Shown: positions 1 through 6,954 of the stretch, piece after piece | Position numbering within the stretch: the first letter of the stretch is position 1 | Layout: each line of letters begins with the position of its first letter | Made by a program: the position numbers and the translations under genes | Notes under the pieces: model-generated | Seen by the model: only the letters and a program-made list of their open reading frames with translations | Told to the model about the DNA's origin: nothing | Database searches by the model: none | Source: a virus | Lineage: Duplodnaviria > Caudoviricetes | Direction: 5' to 3' (one strand) | Length of the DNA stretch: 37,729 nt | IMG/VR virus record: IMGVR_UViG_3300022862_000013 | Coordinates: 1-37,729 of that record

Positions 1-127
1 AGGTAGGCATGCCGCGCTTGGCGATAGGCGTTCAGATACTCCAAAGCGTAAACGTCCAGGGTGACGGTCAGCGGCTCGGTCAGCAGCGCCGGCGGCTCGG
101 TGCGGATGTACTTATGGCGGGTAGCGG
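1..127. repeat. 127-bp terminal direct repeat identical to 37603-37729 (circular assembly overlap)
   Basis: First 127 nt equal the last 127 nt; an ORF reads through the junction. Confidence 0.97.
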
Positions 128-169
128 TCATGGGCGGGGCTCCTTTGCAATTAAAAGGGGTGGGTTTGG

Positions 170-439
170 TCAGGCGTCGGCGGCATCGGGCGCAATCCGC
201 GCCTTCTCCAGCTCCATGTCCAGGGCGGCCTGCAGGTAATTGCGGATCGTGCCGCTGATCAGGTTGCGCTGCTCCAGATCGGCCACGTAGGTGGCCAGGT
301 CCTCGCGCGCGGCCTGCAGGTGTGCGGCCAGGGTGTGGCCAGGCTCGCGCGCCGCGACACGCCGGCGAATCTCGGCGCGGGCCTGCTCGATCACCTCGGC
401 GCTGTCGTAGGTGGCGGGCTTGTTCAGGTAGTCGCTCAT
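170..439 (-). CDS. Hypothetical protein (89 aa)
   Basis: ATGA overlap with the upstream ORF; part of a tight leftward operon. Confidence 0.8.
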   Translation of the reverse strand: MSDYLNKPATYDSAEVIEQARAEIRRRVAAREPGHTLAAHLQAAREDLATYVADLEQRNLISGTIRNYLQAALDMELEKARIAPDAADA

Positions 440-912
440 AGGGTGGGGTCCTTTCCATCGGCGTCATCAAGGTTCATCAGCTCGGTCTGCAGATCGCTCA
501 TGCAGTTGGTACAGATGCCACAACCAGAATCAGGGTTGAGCGCACCGAACAACGTAAAGCACTCGCGGCATTCCGTAGTCGGTGTCAGCTTCACCGGCGC
601 AGGGTCTTTGGCCGGCTCGAAGTCCCAGCGCTCACCACAGGCCTGGCAGGCCGCCCGCAGAGAACCGGAGCGCGCCTGTTTCAGTACGCCGCCGCAGGCC
701 TCACAGGCACAGCTAGCCAGCTGCTCAGCCATAGCTTGGTCGACCGCCGAGTGATCTTTCTTGGGCTTGCGTAGCCCCTTACCCAGCGCTGCCTTAACCT
801 TGCGATATTCGCGCACCATGTTCTGGCCGCCTTCCTGCAGGTGCTCGCCGCGCTGCATGCGGCACTCCAGGCCGTGCAACTGCAGCGCCAAGTAGTCGTC
901 TTGATCACTCAT
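436..912 (-). CDS. Hypothetical protein with several CxxC pairs (putative Zn-ribbon)
   Basis: CEAC, CQAC, CREC and CGICTNC motifs; operon context. Confidence 0.75.
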   Translation of the reverse strand: MSDQDDYLALQLHGLECRMQRGEHLQEGGQNMVREYRKVKAALGKGLRKPKKDHSAVDQAMAEQLASCACEACGGVLKQARSGSLRAACQACGERWDFEPAKDPAPVKLTPTTECRECFTLFGALNPDSGCGICTNCMSDLQTELMNLDDADGKDPTL

Positions 913-924
913 CCCGATACCCTG

Positions 925-1464
925 TCAATCGGCCACGTCGGCCGAAGGCTGACCCAGTATGCCAACCAGGTCAGCGGTGATGCTGGCCAGCTGGGTCTGA
1001 AGGCGCCCGTTCTCGGCAGTAAGGCGCTTACTCTCAGCACGCAGGCGCTCGTTATCGTCCCATGCCGTGCCGCGCTCTCGAAGCGTCAAAGCATACTCCT
1101 GCTCATCCCGACTCTGCTTGGCGCGCAGGGCCGCCAACTCACGCTCGGCCACCTCTAATGCACTCTGCGACTTGCTCAGCGCCGAGCGGACCGACAGCAG
1201 GTCAGCGACTTCGGCCTGCAGCTCATCCGCCACGCCGCCAGGCGAGAGCTTGGCCAGCAAGGCGGAAACATCGGACTGGGGTCGTAGTTGCGCCAGAAGG
1301 TGCAGCGCCGCTGCCAGCTGGCAGCGCTCATCCGGCGTTACGTGTAACGGCTTAACGCCGGTGGCCTTGCGCAGCTCGCGTAACTTCTTCTGCCGTTCGG
1401 CCGGCGTCATCGCCCGAGGCGACAAGGCCAGTGCAAAGGTTTCATGGTCGAAGGGGTCAAGCAC
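925..1464 (-). CDS. Putative DNA-binding protein with a basic N-terminal helix (MTPAERQKKLR) and long C-terminal coiled coil
   Basis: GGAGA RBS, GTG start, heptad-rich C-terminus. Confidence 0.7.
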   Translation of the reverse strand: MLDPFDHETFALALSPRAMTPAERQKKLRELRKATGVKPLHVTPDERCQLAAALHLLAQLRPQSDVSALLAKLSPGGVADELQAEVADLLSVRSALSKSQSALEVAERELAALRAKQSRDEQEYALTLRERGTAWDDNERLRAESKRLTAENGRLQTQLASITADLVGILGQPSADVAD

Positions 1465-1498
1465 GTCAATTCTCCCAAGGGCGTCATGCCATGGTCGA

Positions 1499-1551
1499 AT
1501 TATATGTTGATTTGTAGATATCTACAATTGTTGTTATCTACATTTGTTGCG
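1499..1551 (-). promoter_or_regulatory. Promoter TTGTAG-N17-TATAAT overlapped by six 8-bp ATCWACAW-like units (array 1)
   Basis: Units at 1504, 1512, 1520, 1528, 1536 and 1544 in mixed orientation; -10 at 1499-1504, -35 at 1522-1527. Confidence 0.75.
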
Positions 1552-1944
1552 CATCACGTCGGCCGGCGACAGCCCGGAGTAGATGGACAGTAGGCGCCAC
1601 ACGGCATACGGCACTTCGCTGGCACCGCCCGCCCACTTGCCGATCTTGCCCGGCGACACGCCAACCAGGCGGCCCGCCTCGCTGCGGCTCAGCTGCGCAA
1701 TCCGCATCAGCTCGCGAAACTCGGCGGCACTGGGTGGCTGCCAGTCTTCGGTATACCCCTCAAACAGACCGGGGCGACCCAGGTTCAATTCATCCAGGGC
1801 CAGTGCATACGCCATTTTGCGCGGTGGGTCGCCGGCAATCTCCAGGTGATCGGCCCGGGTGCGCACCAGGGTTCGCATGGCTTCGTCCAGGTCCTTGTCT
1901 TCAAGCGGTACCCGGGTTCCGTCGTGCAACACCAATGCAAACAT
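1534..1944 (-). CDS. KorC-like HTH transcriptional repressor with N-terminal extension
   Basis: WQPPSAAEFRELM...EAGRLVGV...KWAGG..EVPYAVWRLL resembles IncP KorC; GGAGG RBS. Confidence 0.7.
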   Translation of the reverse strand: MFALVLHDGTRVPLEDKDLDEAMRTLVRTRADHLEIAGDPPRKMAYALALDELNLGRPGLFEGYTEDWQPPSAAEFRELMRIAQLSRSEAGRLVGVSPGKIGKWAGGASEVPYAVWRLLSIYSGLSPADVMRNKCR

Positions 1945-1984
1945 TCACAGCCTCCAATGCTCTACGGCGGGGTTTCCCGGCCTG

Positions 1985-2011
1985 AAAAGGCAAAGCGCGC
2001 CGAAGCGCGCT
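1985..2011 (-). terminator. Hairpin/attenuator in the leader of the korC-like gene
   Basis: AGCGCGC-TTCG-GCGCGCT followed by TTGCCTTTT on the minus strand. Confidence 0.5.
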
Positions 2012-2046
2012 AAGCCGTACTGGGGCTGATCGCCCGCAAGGGCGTG

Positions 2047-2075
2047 ACATTAAAACGCCGTCACCCCCTCGTCAA
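2047..2075 (-). promoter_or_regulatory. Sigma70-like promoter TTGACG-N17-TAATGT
   Basis: Read directly from the minus strand. Confidence 0.55.
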
Positions 2076-2395
2076 TTTGGCGCCGCTTGGACTCGGTTCG
2101 GGTGGTACTGGATCAACACGGTGTGACCGTCTTTCCAGCACGTCCAGCCCGAGGGCGACGACAGCAGCCCCACACATGCATAGTCGTGACACTGGTAGAA
2201 GCCATGAGTTTCGAGAAAGGCGCCGGCCTTCACCAGAAACACACGATCAGGGTGCATAAGGTTCGCCAGGGACGGTATGGAAAGGTACAGGCAGGGCCGC
2301 AACGGCCCGGCGGCTTCGCGGACATTGGCGCGTAGGTTGAAGTGCGCGTGAAACGCCCGCTTTAACGCGGCCACATGAGGGGCTTGCTTGGTCAT
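2072..2395 (-). CDS. Hypothetical protein (107 aa, MTKQAPH...)
   Basis: GGAG RBS before ATG 2395; promoter just upstream. Confidence 0.7.
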   Translation of the reverse strand: MTKQAPHVAALKRAFHAHFNLRANVREAAGPLRPCLYLSIPSLANLMHPDRVFLVKAGAFLETHGFYQCHDYACVGLLSSPSGWTCWKDGHTVLIQYHPNRVQAAPN

Positions 2396-2447
2396 CGGTA
2401 GAAACTCCGGTGTAAGCGGTCTTGGCGAATGCCCGACCTTGCCGCCG

Positions 2448-2503
2448 ACTCTAACGGCGACCGCTCCACGCGTCAACATTTCTACAAATCAACAATTCAA
2501 CAA
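2448..2503 (-). promoter_or_regulatory. Promoter TTGACG-N17-TAGAGT with four direct 8-bp units over and upstream of -35 (array 2)
   Basis: GTCAACAT TTCTACAA ATCAACAA TTCAACAA at 2472-2503. Confidence 0.75.
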
Positions 2504-2869
2504 AGCCGCAACCGACTTCGGAAGCCCCCACACCGCCGCAGAAGCGCCCACCGCGTCCGGTTTCGCGCGCACGGCAACCCGCCGCCTTGCCCTGGGCTGC
2601 TCGGGAACTCGCTCAGGAAGGCGCCGCAGCGCGTGCAGGACGGCAAAGAACGCGAGGCGCACCCCCTGACCTGTCCACTGGACGCGTAGCGTCCCTACCA
2701 GGCCAGCGGCCGGCGCGTGAAGAAGCGAAGGGCCGTGCGCTGCGCTTGTGTCGGGATTGGCCTTAAACGGCCCACAGCGACTGGAAGGCGCCTCACTGGA
2801 GGAACGGCGGCGGCACCGGCGGCGACCTCTGAGCCCGCGCCTACAGGCGCGAAGTGGCTCAGGCATCAT

Positions 2870-3160
2870 TGGCATAGGAGGGGTAGTTATACACATGGCA
2901 TGGTCTATGCGCTTTAAAGACCCTTTCTTAGCTCCTTCGGTACCACTCCACAGCATGTTTTGCATATGTTTAAAACCCGATCAGCTCGGGTTGGGCTCGC
3001 GCGCGCGATCGGGGATGCCCCCGCCGCCGGCAGGGGGTAAGCGAGGGTGAAAATGAGGGGTGTGCAGGTGGTGCGAGGGGGAATATGGCGGTAAATCGGG
3101 GGGAGGTTTGCAGCAGACGTGCGAAAGCACCGCCGGTGGCGGTGCAGCTCGACGCGGGCG
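2870..3160. other. Putative replication origin and CIS-like spacer downstream of repA
   Basis: DnaA box TTATACACA at 2887-2895; AT-richer tract ~2885-2975; C-rich, G-poor minus-strand tract ~3030-3110. Confidence 0.6.
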
Positions 3161-4060
3161 TCAGGTCTGGATAGGGTGTCGGGCGAAGTGCGGATACTTC
3201 TTGACGAACTCGCGGCTTAGCTGCGGCTCACGCAAGCCAGTGTCGACGATGAACGCGGCAAACGTGCGCTGCCACTGCTCGTTGTAGTCCGCCTGGATGC
3301 CTTGCTGCTCACGGCGATCACGCTCTTGCCGGGCGCGCTTGGCACCTTCATGGGATTGTTTGCGCTCACGGGCGCCGGCCAGGTCGGCCAGGGCTTCGGC
3401 CTTGGCCACGGCGCTGTGCTTGTCCACGGCTTTCTTGAGCTTGGCCTTCATGGCGGTGCGCGCCTGGGCCAGCAGGTGCCCCAGGCCAAGGTCGATGAAG
3501 AACTGCGCACGCACGTTAATAGTGGTGCGGGTGATCCATTGCTTGCCGTTGTGGAAGATGCGGCGCTGCTTGCGGCGGATGTACTTCGCCGCCTCCAGGT
3601 CGCCCAGCAGGCGCGAGACGGTCCACTCGTTAACCCCGGAGTCCTCCGACAGGCCGCGCTGGCGATTCAGCCGGTACTCACCGTTCTGGTAGTAGCCCAG
3701 GATCATGGTCGACAGGTCCAGGCGAGCCAGCAGCGGCCCGGCGATGCGCGCCAAGGTGTCCCACTTTTGCTGATAGGTGCGGTAGCCTGCCGGGCTTAGG
3801 CAGTCCATCCGGCGCAGCCAGCGGGTCTGACGGTTCTTGGCTTCTTCTTGGATGCGCTCTTCGGCCTTGCCCAGCAAGCCGTCAAAAACGAATTTCTGCT
3901 TGTCCGAGAGGCCACGCAGGCGCCGTGGCTGCTGCGCACGGTCGACGGTGCCCACCGGCTTGCGGCGCTTGACGGAACGCGGGGGGATGTTGGCCAGGCC
4001 ATTGAACTGGGCGCCCCGCACCGAGTTGGCGAGGACGGTACGCACGGGCGCGAGCTTCAT
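3161..4060 (-). CDS. repA: Plasmid replication initiator, IncFII RepA-like winged-helix protein
   Basis: HTH-like QRGLSEDSGVNEWTVSRLLGDLE and TTINVRAQFFIDLGL motif; flanked by antisense RNA, leader peptide and origin. Confidence 0.7.
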   Translation of the reverse strand: MKLAPVRTVLANSVRGAQFNGLANIPPRSVKRRKPVGTVDRAQQPRRLRGLSDKQKFVFDGLLGKAEERIQEEAKNRQTRWLRRMDCLSPAGYRTYQQKWDTLARIAGPLLARLDLSTMILGYYQNGEYRLNRQRGLSEDSGVNEWTVSRLLGDLEAAKYIRRKQRRIFHNGKQWITRTTINVRAQFFIDLGLGHLLAQARTAMKAKLKKAVDKHSAVAKAEALADLAGARERKQSHEGAKRARQERDRREQQGIQADYNEQWQRTFAAFIVDTGLREPQLSREFVKKYPHFARHPIQT

Positions 4061-4179
4061 TCGCTCACCCCATGCAGCAGACGCGCGTTACGCGTCACGG
4101 TATCCGGGCGGTTCCCGGGCCGGTTACAGGTGCACGGAATGGCCGCGCAGCCTGCGAGAGAGGCCTTGCCAAACATCAT
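4057..4179 (-). CDS. 40-aa leader peptide translationally coupled to repA (Tap-like)
   Basis: GGGGA RBS; MMFGKASLAG...LLHGVSE; its TGA overlaps the repA ATG (ATGA). Confidence 0.7.
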   Translation of the reverse strand: MMFGKASLAGCAAIPCTCNRPGNRPDTVTRNARLLHGVSE

Positions 4180-4198
4180 GTTTCCCCATATCTGGGGC

Positions 4199-4227
4199 TT
4201 GCCTAAAACATGATCGACGCTTAGACT
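4199..4227 (+). promoter_or_regulatory. Promoter of the antisense RNA, TTGCCT-N17-TAGACT
   Basis: Direct match; counter-oriented to repA. Confidence 0.75.
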
Positions 4228-4233
4228 CTCACC

Positions 4234-4311
4234 TTGTCGCGGTCGAGAACCTATATGGTTGCTCCGATCTCAAAACCCCGAGGATGCCAGTCCTGCGGGG
4301 TTTTTCTTTTT
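4234..4311 (+). ncRNA. Counter-transcribed copy-number control RNA (~78 nt, CopA/Inc-like)
   Basis: Promoter, 5' stem-loop, intrinsic terminator AAAACCCCG-AGGA-loop-TCCT-GCGGGG-TTTTTCTTTTT (4272-4311); lies in the rep leader. Confidence 0.75.
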
Positions 4312-4387
4312 AAGCCTGCCTTGAATTCCATTCTTTTTGCGTTATCTGGTGCTGTCCAGCCCTCTAGCGGGGCGGTCAACGGCGCTC

Positions 4388-4427
4388 AGGATAACGCGGT
4401 CTAACGTGTCAGTCCACTAATTGTGTA
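4388..4427 (-). promoter_or_regulatory. rep promoter TGGACT-N17-TATCCT with operator TCCACTAATTGTGTA (4413-4427) over -35
   Basis: Operator matches those in the cI/cro interval. Confidence 0.6.
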
Positions 4428-4611
4428 AATTACCACAGCGCACAAAACGCGTGGCGCCCAGCGCCATTTGCAGCTGGTAAACCTCACCTGGGTGCGCCTG
4501 GGGGTCCAGGTTCTTTTGAATTACCATCCACTCCAGGTGCTTACACAATGCATCGATAGTAGACGCTTGGTCTGGATGGATCAAAGGGTTTGCGTTCTCC
4601 GCGTGCGACAT
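4417..4611 (-). CDS. 64-aa protein under an SOS box; candidate antirepressor
   Basis: AGGAGG RBS at 4621-4626; LexA box upstream; function inferred. Confidence 0.7.
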   Translation of the reverse strand: MSHAENANPLIHPDQASTIDALCKHLEWMVIQKNLDPQAHPGEVYQLQMALGATRFVRCGNLHN

Positions 4612-4668
4612 GGGGGTGTCCCTCCTACTGATGCCGGCTTTTTCGCATTCTAGCCGGAAGCCATTTAA

Positions 4669-4684
4669 CTGGATACACATACAG
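4669..4684. promoter_or_regulatory. LexA (SOS) box CTGGATACACATACAG
   Basis: CTG-N10-CAG with alternating core, matching the gammaproteobacterial consensus; intergenic. Confidence 0.8.
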
Positions 4685-4769
4685 TGTTCCAATGTAAGCG
4701 ATTGAATCTGTTAAGTGCGGAACCAGCCTAGCGCGGCACCTGCAGGCGCCGCACCTCAACCCCGTGCAG

Positions 4770-5033
4770 TTACTGGCAGGCCTCCACTGCGGCGGCCAAC
4801 TGGCCGACGTAGCCTTGGCGCTGCAGGCGCTCGGCCAGCAAAGCGCGCACCTTCACCTCCAGGCTGTCCGACCGCCTCAAGCGATCAGCTGCCCAGGCCG
4901 GCGGGGCGATCTTCTTCACCCTGCAGGGCACCTGCACTGGCACCTCGACGCGCACGGTGCGCACCTCCGCCGGCGGGGCCTGCCCGGCGCAGCCGGCCAA
5001 CAGCGCCACGGCCATGATTAACCCGAACCTCAT
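4770..5033 (-). CDS. Outer-membrane spanin (o-spanin lipoprotein)
   Basis: Lipobox LLAGC; Pro-rich; follows the i-spanin. Confidence 0.8.
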   Translation of the reverse strand: MRFGLIMAVALLAGCAGQAPPAEVRTVRVEVPVQVPCRVKKIAPPAWAADRLRRSDSLEVKVRALLAERLQRQGYVGQLAAAVEACQ

Positions 5034-5401
5034 AACTGCAACTCCTGATCTATGACGGCCTCGGCCGCAGCGCAGGCATCACCCGTGCCGCGTTCCTGCT
5101 GCACCCGGTTGGCGGCGGCGTACTTGTCCTGGGCGCGCTCGGCGGCGAGCGACTGCGCCAACTCGGCCTTGGCTTGGCGCTGCTGCTCGGCGTGCTTGAG
5201 CGCGCGCATCTGGTCGTTCTGCTCGACCACTTGCGCCTCCAGCCCGCCACGGCTCGCCGTGCAGCTGGACAACTGCCGGCCCGACTCAATGAGCTGCGGC
5301 CCATAGTGCAATGTCGCCCGCCACCAGCCGACCGTCATGCCCAGCAGCACCACCAGGACGGCGACCACGAAGGCCGCCACTCCCCGCTCCAAGGTCGTCA
5401 T
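5030..5401 (-). CDS. Inner-membrane spanin (Rz-like)
   Basis: N-terminal TM helix plus coiled coil; directly after the endolysin. Confidence 0.8.
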   Translation of the reverse strand: MTTLERGVAAFVVAVLVVLLGMTVGWWRATLHYGPQLIESGRQLSSCTASRGGLEAQVVEQNDQMRALKHAEQQRQAKAELAQSLAAERAQDKYAAANRVQQERGTGDACAAAEAVIDQELQL

Positions 5402-5850
5402 GCCAAGGCCCGCCGAATGCCCTCATTGAACACCGCGTCGGGGTAGCGGTAATTCGCGCACTCATGGGCGATGATCGCGCCGACGAACACGCGCAGGGTC
5501 TTGGCGTCCTTGATGTTGATCACATCGTTGGCCTTGACGCCCAGCTTGCTGGTCACTGCCGCGATGTAGGCTTCGGTGTTGTTCTCGTTACCCGGTGCCC
5601 AACGGCTGACGGTTTCGCGCACGGTGTCGATGCCGGGACCGCCCACGCCGGGCATGCCGTCCTTGCCCCGGTAGTTGATCAGCAGTTTGCCCAAGGCACG
5701 AATGCCGTTTTCCGGCGAGTCGAAGCGGGCAAAGCGCGGCTTATCCACGCCAAGCTCCAGCCCAAGCTGGCCATTCCAAGCATTGCGTGGGTTGTAGTCG
5801 ATATTGCCGGGGTTAAAGTTGCGCACGCCGCGCGGTAGTACTGCCGCCAT
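5398..5850 (-). CDS. Putative endolysin (RGxRNxNPGNI lysozyme-like family)
   Basis: PRGVRNFNPGNI and WAPGNENNT motifs; upstream of the spanins; GGAGGA RBS. Confidence 0.8.
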   Translation of the reverse strand: MAAVLPRGVRNFNPGNIDYNPRNAWNGQLGLELGVDKPRFARFDSPENGIRALGKLLINYRGKDGMPGVGGPGIDTVRETVSRWAPGNENNTEAYIAAVTSKLGVKANDVINIKDAKTLRVFVGAIIAHECANYRYPDAVFNEGIRRALA

Positions 5851-5864
5851 GATTTCCTCCAAAC

Positions 5865-5889
5865 AAAAAACCCGCCTCTAGGGGCGGGT
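5865..5889 (-). terminator. Intrinsic terminator upstream of the endolysin
   Basis: ACCCGCC/GGCGGGT stem plus T run on the minus strand. Confidence 0.75.
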
Positions 5890-6171
5890 CGGGTCGTGAT
5901 GGATAAAAGGAGTGGAACTTGTATGCTGTTGCGCAACAGGCCGGCGCCTGCAGGCAGACGCCGGCCGCCCATGAAGACGAGAGAGTGAAACGATGCGCAC
6001 AGAAGAGACACAACGCGATGACACTATTCCCGAGGTTTTCACACCTGCGCAGGAAAAGCGGCTACGCCAGATTATTCAGGAAGAGATTCACAACGCCAAA
6101 GTGGCCGACGCCGAGGCCGGTTTTGAAGATGACTGCTGCTCGTCGTAACCCCGCCTCAGCCTAGCGGCCTG

Positions 6172-6951
6172 TTACAACGGGCCGACCACAACACCGTGGG
6201 TGGCCAGATAAGGCTTCACGCACTGATAGATCAGTTGCAGCTCTTCCGGGCTCAACCGGCGGTTGTACATCGCCGCGAAGTAAATGCGCCTAGGGTTGTT
6301 CACCCAAGTGGTGTTGGGCGTTGCCCCGATGTAGATCGGGGTTACCGCCCGGTCTACCTGATCAGCGATAGGCGGCCGCTCACCGGATGCACCCGTGGCC
6401 AAGTTATAGGCTTTGACGATCTTGTCGCTCTCGTCAAATGTCATCGCCAGGAAGGCTGGCTTGGTTATGTCCAGACTGGGCAGCGATACATAGTTCAAGC
6501 CAGATCCCGAACCACTGACGCCCGTGAATCGGGCCACGCTTGCGCGCACCTCGAATACGCCAGGGTTCTCGTCATTGAACCCGCAGTACAGCGAAGCACC
6601 AAAGGAAACACCACCCAACCCATTCGGGCGGCCGCCGGAATAGTTGGACATGAACATGCCGACTTCGGCGCCGTCAGTCACTGGATGGCCAACCACAATC
6701 CAGGTGAACGCCCTGCCCTGCGTCAGCCCGGTGTTGATGTAGTTAGAGCCATCGACAATGGCGCCCTTGTTGTCCACCACCGGCGAGCCGACAACCGCCA
6801 CTTGCGCGCCGTCCGGCGCGAAATTCTTGCTGAAGTTAGCAAGCGAACCATTGGGGAAACCCCAGTACAGCAATCCATCCTCAACCGGCGGGATGTATTC
6901 AACAGCTTCACTTTCAAAATCGTCGTCAAGAGAAATCGAGACAATACCCAT
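6172..6951 (-). CDS. LamG/concanavalin-like beta-sandwich protein (tailspike partner or receptor-binding)
   Basis: Beta-rich; IYIGA...IYFAAMYNRRLSPEEL C-terminal motif; follows the tailspike. Confidence 0.65.
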   Translation of the reverse strand: MGIVSISLDDDFESEAVEYIPPVEDGLLYWGFPNGSLANFSKNFAPDGAQVAVVGSPVVDNKGAIVDGSNYINTGLTQGRAFTWIVVGHPVTDGAEVGMFMSNYSGGRPNGLGGVSFGASLYCGFNDENPGVFEVRASVARFTGVSGSGSGLNYVSLPSLDITKPAFLAMTFDESDKIVKAYNLATGASGERPPIADQVDRAVTPIYIGATPNTTWVNNPRRIYFAAMYNRRLSPEELQLIYQCVKPYLATHGVVVGPL

Positions 6952-6954
6952 GGA

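Noticed and set aside
2489-3050. ORFs in the interval downstream of repA
   Set aside because: No convincing RBS or protein features; better explained as origin and non-coding DNA.
5927-5940. CTG-N8-CAG palindrome as a second SOS box
   Set aside because: Spacing is 2 bp shorter than the CTG-N10-CAG LexA consensus.
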